Shown in pieces: positions 60,173 to 64,000 of a stretch of 64,000 nucleotides of DNA (within the stretch, counting starts at the first letter, position 1; each line of letters begins with the position of its first letter). The notes under the pieces were generated by a model. That model had not been told where the DNA came from, did not search any database, and saw only the letters and a program-made list of their open reading frames with translations. The position numbers and the translations under genes are program-made. This DNA is from Helicobacteraceae bacterium (GTDB lineage: Bacteria; Campylobacterota; Campylobacteria; Campylobacterales; SZUA-545): NCBI GenBank assembly GCA_031260125.1, contig JAIRKM010000035.1:6130-70129 (forward strand), written 5' to 3'.

Positions 60173-61309
60173 TTACCTTAATGAAATCGCCAGATTTTTC
60201 AGCACGTGCGATGGTACGATCTTGACGCTCTCCGCACGCTCCATAAACTGAGCAAAAAGCGCGTCAAAATTCGCCGCGCTCAGTTCAATTCCCATCTCTT
60301 TAAGGGCGTTACGAACGGCGTTTGTCCCCGAATGGCGCGTCAAAACGATACGTTGCACGCTTCTGCCCACCTCGTTTGGCGGGAAAATTTCGTAAGTTCC
60401 GGCGTGCTTCATCATTCCGTCTTGATGAATCCCGCTGCCGTGGCTAAACGCGTTTTCGCCGACAATTGCCTTGTTGGGCGCCTTGGGAATCGCGGCTATC
60501 CTGCTGACCTCGTCGCTGACGATGGAAAGCAGTTTCGTGTGAATGCCAGTATGGAATCGACCGGCAAATTTGGCGGCGATAATCATGGCGATCTCTTCTA
60601 ACGCGGCGTTTCCAGCCCGTTCGCCGATGCCGTTTATCGTGGCCTCAAACTGCGCCGCTCCCGCTTCGATCGCGCAGATCGCGTTAGCCGTCGCCAATCC
60701 CAGATCGTTGTGCGTATGCGTCGAAACGACCGCTTTCCCCTCCGCGGCATCGACGACAGCGCCGAAAAACGCCACCGTCTCTTCCGGCAACAAAAAACCC
60801 ACCGTGTCCGGCGCATTTATCGTAAGCGCGCCCGCGCCGATTACCGCGCGGATCATTTGGCGCAGAAACTCAGGATCGCTTCTTGTGGCGTCCTCAAAGC
60901 TAAACTGCACGTCGCTTGTGAATTTTTTGGCGAATCTTACCGCCTTGATCGCCCTCTCGATCGCCTCGCCGCGTGTGATGCGAAGTTTGTGCGTTAGGTG
61001 CAGATCGCTCGTCGCCAAAAAGATATGTATGCGGGGATTTTGAGCGTTTTTAAGAGCCTGAGCCGCTTTTACGATATCGGCCTCCTTCGCCCTCGCAAGC
61101 GCGCACACGACGCAGGACGCACCGGCGGCGATCTGACTAACCGCCTGAAAGTCAACTTTGGAGGCGATCGGAAAGCCCGCCTCGATCACGTCAACTCCCA
61201 ACCTCTCAAGCGATCGGGCAATCGTTACTTTTTCGTGTATGTTCATAGCCGCGCCGATCTCCTGTTCGCCATCGCGCAGCGTCGTATCAAAAACAGTGAT
61301 GCGTTTCAT
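60173..61309 (-). CDS. Homocitrate/citramalate/2-isopropylmalate synthase family, catalytic TIM-barrel only (NifV/CimA-like)
   Basis: MKRITVFDTTLRDGEQ and HTHNDLG motifs; 378 aa, lacks the LeuA regulatory domain. Confidence 0.75.
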   Translation of the reverse strand: MKRITVFDTTLRDGEQEIGAAMNIHEKVTIARSLERLGVDVIEAGFPIASKVDFQAVSQIAAGASCVVCALARAKEADIVKAAQALKNAQNPRIHIFLATSDLHLTHKLRITRGEAIERAIKAVRFAKKFTSDVQFSFEDATRSDPEFLRQMIRAVIGAGALTINAPDTVGFLLPEETVAFFGAVVDAAEGKAVVSTHTHNDLGLATANAICAIEAGAAQFEATINGIGERAGNAALEEIAMIIAAKFAGRFHTGIHTKLLSIVSDEVSRIAAIPKAPNKAIVGENAFSHGSGIHQDGMMKHAGTYEIFPPNEVGRSVQRIVLTRHSGTNAVRNALKEMGIELSAANFDALFAQFMERAESVKIVPSHVLKNLAISLR

Positions 61310-61551
61310 AGTTATATCCTTAAAATAAACTTAATGCAAAAAAGCAAATGTTGGGCAAAAGACCCAAAGATCAGGGCAATAAGAGCAAATGAAAAGTTAT
61401 AGGGATAGTAGTAGCGGCAGGAGAAGAGAAGCGAAGGCAAAAGCCTGTCGATCGATGCGCGTTATCATAAAACACCTCCATTGATGTGAAATAACGGCGA
61501 ATCCTACATCAGCCAAGCTTAAAGAAAACTTAGCTGTATAATGCCTTCACC

Positions 61552-62574
61552 ATGAGAGAGGCTTACATCGATTCCGTCGAAGCGCTGATCCACAGCGTGA
61601 AGCAGCTAGGTTGCGGTTTTGGCGAAGGGGCGCGTATTGCGGTCATAAACGCGGCGGCGCATAGCTTTTTCAAAACCTTCAACGCCGTCATGATCCACAG
61701 TTTTTTTCCGCGTTACACCGATCTTAAAAAGAGCGGTTTTAACGCTGCCGCTTCCATAGAGGGACAGGGGGAATTTGATGGCGGCGTTATCTTTGCCGGC
61801 AAAGATCAGAAGCGCAATTTATATGATCTTTTTTTGCTTATTTCATCGGTAAAAGACAGAGGGGAGATCGCGCTGGTTTCTCCCAACGGGCTTGGCGGAA
61901 AAACGTTTATGAAAAATGCGCGTCCGGTTTTGGGCGGCGCGGAGGAGTTTTTTAAGAAAAAACATAGAGTCCTTATAGCAAAAAACGACAAAGGCTTTCT
62001 AGCCGACGATCTCTGCGATCAATATCGATCGTTCGGCGATCTTAAAGAGTTGGAGGATTCTCTGTTTACGAGAGCAGGAATCTTCAGCTCAAAAAAGATT
62101 GACGACGGCTCAAAGCTGTTGATTGAAACGATGCGGCACGAACCGTGCCGCGGCGCTGCCGCCGACTTTGGATCGGGTAATGGATATCTATCGTTCGAAC
62201 TTTTGAAAAGATTTGGCGATATTGAATCGATCTCTCTTTTTGAGGCGGATTACAATGCTCTTGCGGTTTCCAAAATAAACATAAAAGACAATAGAGCAAA
62301 CTTTATATGGAGCGATATAACGACGCTTGAACGAGATGAAAAATTTGACATAATTGTCTCAAATCCTCCATTTCACAGCGGCGCTCAAACGGATATATCA
62401 CTTGGCAAACAATTTATCCATTCGGCATATAATTCTTTGAAAAGAAACGGCGTTTTTTATGTAGTAGCAAACGTGAAACTACCCTATGAAAAAATCGTGC
62501 AATCTCTTTTTGACCGATGGATCGCAATGGCGGAAAAAGATGGCTACAAAGTACTCAAGGCTACTCGATCATAA
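61552..62574 (+). CDS. rsmC: rRNA (guanine-N2)-methyltransferase, RsmC/RlmG-like
   Basis: SAM motif I DFGSGNGYLS and motif IV IVSNPPFH; 340 aa. Confidence 0.7.
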   Translation: MREAYIDSVEALIHSVKQLGCGFGEGARIAVINAAAHSFFKTFNAVMIHSFFPRYTDLKKSGFNAAASIEGQGEFDGGVIFAGKDQKRNLYDLFLLISSVKDRGEIALVSPNGLGGKTFMKNARPVLGGAEEFFKKKHRVLIAKNDKGFLADDLCDQYRSFGDLKELEDSLFTRAGIFSSKKIDDGSKLLIETMRHEPCRGAAADFGSGNGYLSFELLKRFGDIESISLFEADYNALAVSKINIKDNRANFIWSDITTLERDEKFDIIVSNPPFHSGAQTDISLGKQFIHSAYNSLKRNGVFYVVANVKLPYEKIVQSLFDRWIAMAEKDGYKVLKATRS

Positions 62575-63580
62575 GATTGAAATCGCCGTCAATATCAATC
62601 TTTCTGACCGCTTCTTTTGTAAATTGCAGTCCTTCTGCCACCGCCCTCGCAGTCAATCGCTCATCAAGCGTAAGGTAGATATTCCGCGCATTCAACGTGA
62701 TGCGCCCGTCGCCTCTGATGGCGATCTTTGTACCGCTTGGAGCGCTGAGCGCAAGATGGCGCTTCTCGTCGTCAAATATCTCCAGCGCCACGCCGTCTTC
62801 GTGAAAATTATCCGCTTTATAGTATCTGCCGCCAATCTTGCCCATAAAACTATCTCGTTTTTGATCTCCCACTATAAGTTCTGTTGAATCTTTGATGATT
62901 CTAATCGGCATAACGATCGGCTCTCGATCCAGCACAAGCACGAGCTTATCTAAACCATCTTCACCGCCGTCCGCCGTAAATAAGATGGAGTTTTGATCGA
63001 TCTCAGCCGTTCCCAATAGAGGCTCAACGATAATTTCTGGAATCGTTTTATACGTCGCGTAAAAAATTACGCGCCTGCTTGTGCCTTTTTTTACTACAAT
63101 CTCTCTATCTATCACCGCCAGCCCCTTTGACGAGACAAATACGTTTTTGTGAAACTTCCTGCCGCTGTTCGTCGTATAGCTGATAGTAAACGATCCGCTT
63201 AACTCGCCGTTGTAATAGATATTGTTACCGTCGATTTTAACGCTTGCGTTACTCTCTTCTGCTGTTATGCGCGTCCCTTTTTTCACATCTTTCAGCGACA
63301 CCATAAAGCGGTTTGTCTCATGCGGGATATGAAAGGTAATATATCGGATATCTTCGCTTTCTATATCGGTAACCTCCACCACCCCGTCGCCGCTTCTATT
63401 TTTCGCGCGAACGATCATAGAGGACTGCCTCACGGATACATCCAATATCTCTTCCGTCATATTATAAACCGCCGACTTCGGCGCGATCTCAATCTCAATC
63501 GCGCCCCTTTTTGGCAGTTCGTAATGATCCGCTCCAGAGAGCGCGGCAGCAAAAAACAAAAAAGAGGGAATCAGCCGCAT
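62561..63580 (-). CDS. Hypothetical secreted/periplasmic protein
   Basis: 339 aa, signal peptide MRLIPSFLFFAAALSGA, beta-rich; no confident family. Confidence 0.4.
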   Translation of the reverse strand: MRLIPSFLFFAAALSGADHYELPKRGAIEIEIAPKSAVYNMTEEILDVSVRQSSMIVRAKNRSGDGVVEVTDIESEDIRYITFHIPHETNRFMVSLKDVKKGTRITAEESNASVKIDGNNIYYNGELSGSFTISYTTNSGRKFHKNVFVSSKGLAVIDREIVVKKGTSRRVIFYATYKTIPEIIVEPLLGTAEIDQNSILFTADGGEDGLDKLVLVLDREPIVMPIRIIKDSTELIVGDQKRDSFMGKIGGRYYKADNFHEDGVALEIFDDEKRHLALSAPSGTKIAIRGDGRITLNARNIYLTLDERLTARAVAEGLQFTKEAVRKIDIDGDFNLMIE

Positions 63581-63771
63581 ATTTCCTCCTTTTTATACTC
63601 TTTCCAGTTCGTTTTTGTAGGATACGGCGCGGCGCTCAATGCCGCCATAAACCGCCTCAAAGAAGGGGCGGCGCTTAAAAACCAGTCTGTCGGAACATAG
63701 CAAAACAAGCAAAAACCAATCCAACATAATGTTTCTGTCGCTACAATTTTAACGCTAAATTGAGGAGTTTT

Positions 63772-64000
63772 ATGCGTATCGATTCGTTTCTAAACGCCGT
63801 TAATCTCGTAAAGCGCCGCGCAACCGCGCAAGACATGATAGCCCACAAGGCGGTCTTGATCAACGGCGGGGTTGTCAAAGCCAGCCGCGAGGTGCGCGTG
63901 GGAGACGTGATAGAGATGAAGTTTCTGACGCACAATAAGCGCTACGAAGCGCTTGCGCTGCCAACTGCGCGCAACATTCCCAAAGCGGCGCAAAAAGATT
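63772..64000 (+). CDS. S4-domain RNA-binding protein (Hsp15/YlmH-like), partial at window end
   Basis: MRIDSFLNAVNLVKRRATAQDMIAHKAVLINGGVVKASREVRVGDVIE is an S4 alpha-L motif; ORF continues past position 64000. Confidence 0.65.
   Translation, partial: MRIDSFLNAVNLVKRRATAQDMIAHKAVLINGGVVKASREVRVGDVIEMKFLTHNKRYEALALPTARNIPKAAQKD

Overview
The window is densely packed with core genes and has about 65 CDS. It looks like a chromosomal segment of a Campylobacterota (epsilonproteobacterial) genome. Evidence for the taxon: the rplI-hslV-hslU-era-csd6 gene order known from Helicobacter pylori, a very large (879 aa) FlgE hook protein, a Maf-type motility accessory factor, short-form FtsY, RNase Y, and a sigma54-type promoter in front of flgE. 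It is unusually GC-rich for that group (judged by eye, not computed).

Main blocks:
1. 1-9479, minus strand: one tightly overlapping operon running rplI, hslV, hslU, era, an L,D-carboxypeptidase (Csd6/Pgp2-like), then a PilM/N-PilO-PilP-secretin-AAA ATPase-CtsX-like competence/type IV pilus-like export module.
2. 9.5-16.4 kb: a GAF/histidine-kinase-like sensor, a Maf protein, flgE, and a DMT transporter.
3. 16.5-21.7 kb: serB, a DHH phosphoesterase, an MTHFR-like protein, flavodoxin, recN, and a tadA-like deaminase.
4. 21729-22841: a standalone CARF plus PD-(D/E)xK nuclease (Card1/Can2-like, DUF1887). It converges on the deaminase gene and is followed by a strong hairpin terminator oriented antisense to it.
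5. 22.9-24.9 kb: groESL with a CIRCE operator.
6. 25.0-28.2 kb: ilvBH and lpxD.
7. 28.2-31.3 kb: a ZrgABCD-like metal ABC importer with a His-rich periplasmic protein and a Fur/Zur-like box.
8. 31.4-33.6 kb: a flotillin (SPFH) plus NAD-kinase-fold gene pair.
9. 33.8-39.0 kb, one co-directional operon: CysM, a JAMM protease (Mec), a CysO-like sulfur carrier ending GG-CRTYV, MoeZ (E1 plus rhodanese), a putative Family 2A encapsulin shell protein, and a cysteine desulfurase with a disordered N-terminal cargo-loading extension.
10. 39.0-39.5 kb: a roughly 490-bp AT-rich intergenic region with a sigma70-like promoter in front of an MCP chemoreceptor.
11. 39.5-64.0 kb: mscS-like channel, aroB, an RCK-domain protein, truD, pckA, bioD, a glucosaminidase, cytochromes c, rseP, yggS, coaE, dapF, cysG (with a coupled 10-codon uORF), argH, rny, MTHFS, a TlpA-like lipoprotein, ftsY, a NifV-like synthase, an rsmC-like methyltransferase and the start of an S4-domain gene.

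No rRNA, tRNA, CRISPR array or transposase was recognised. The two most unusual loci are the orphan Card1-like CARF nuclease and the CysO-pathway plus encapsulin/cysteine-desulfurase sulfur operon.
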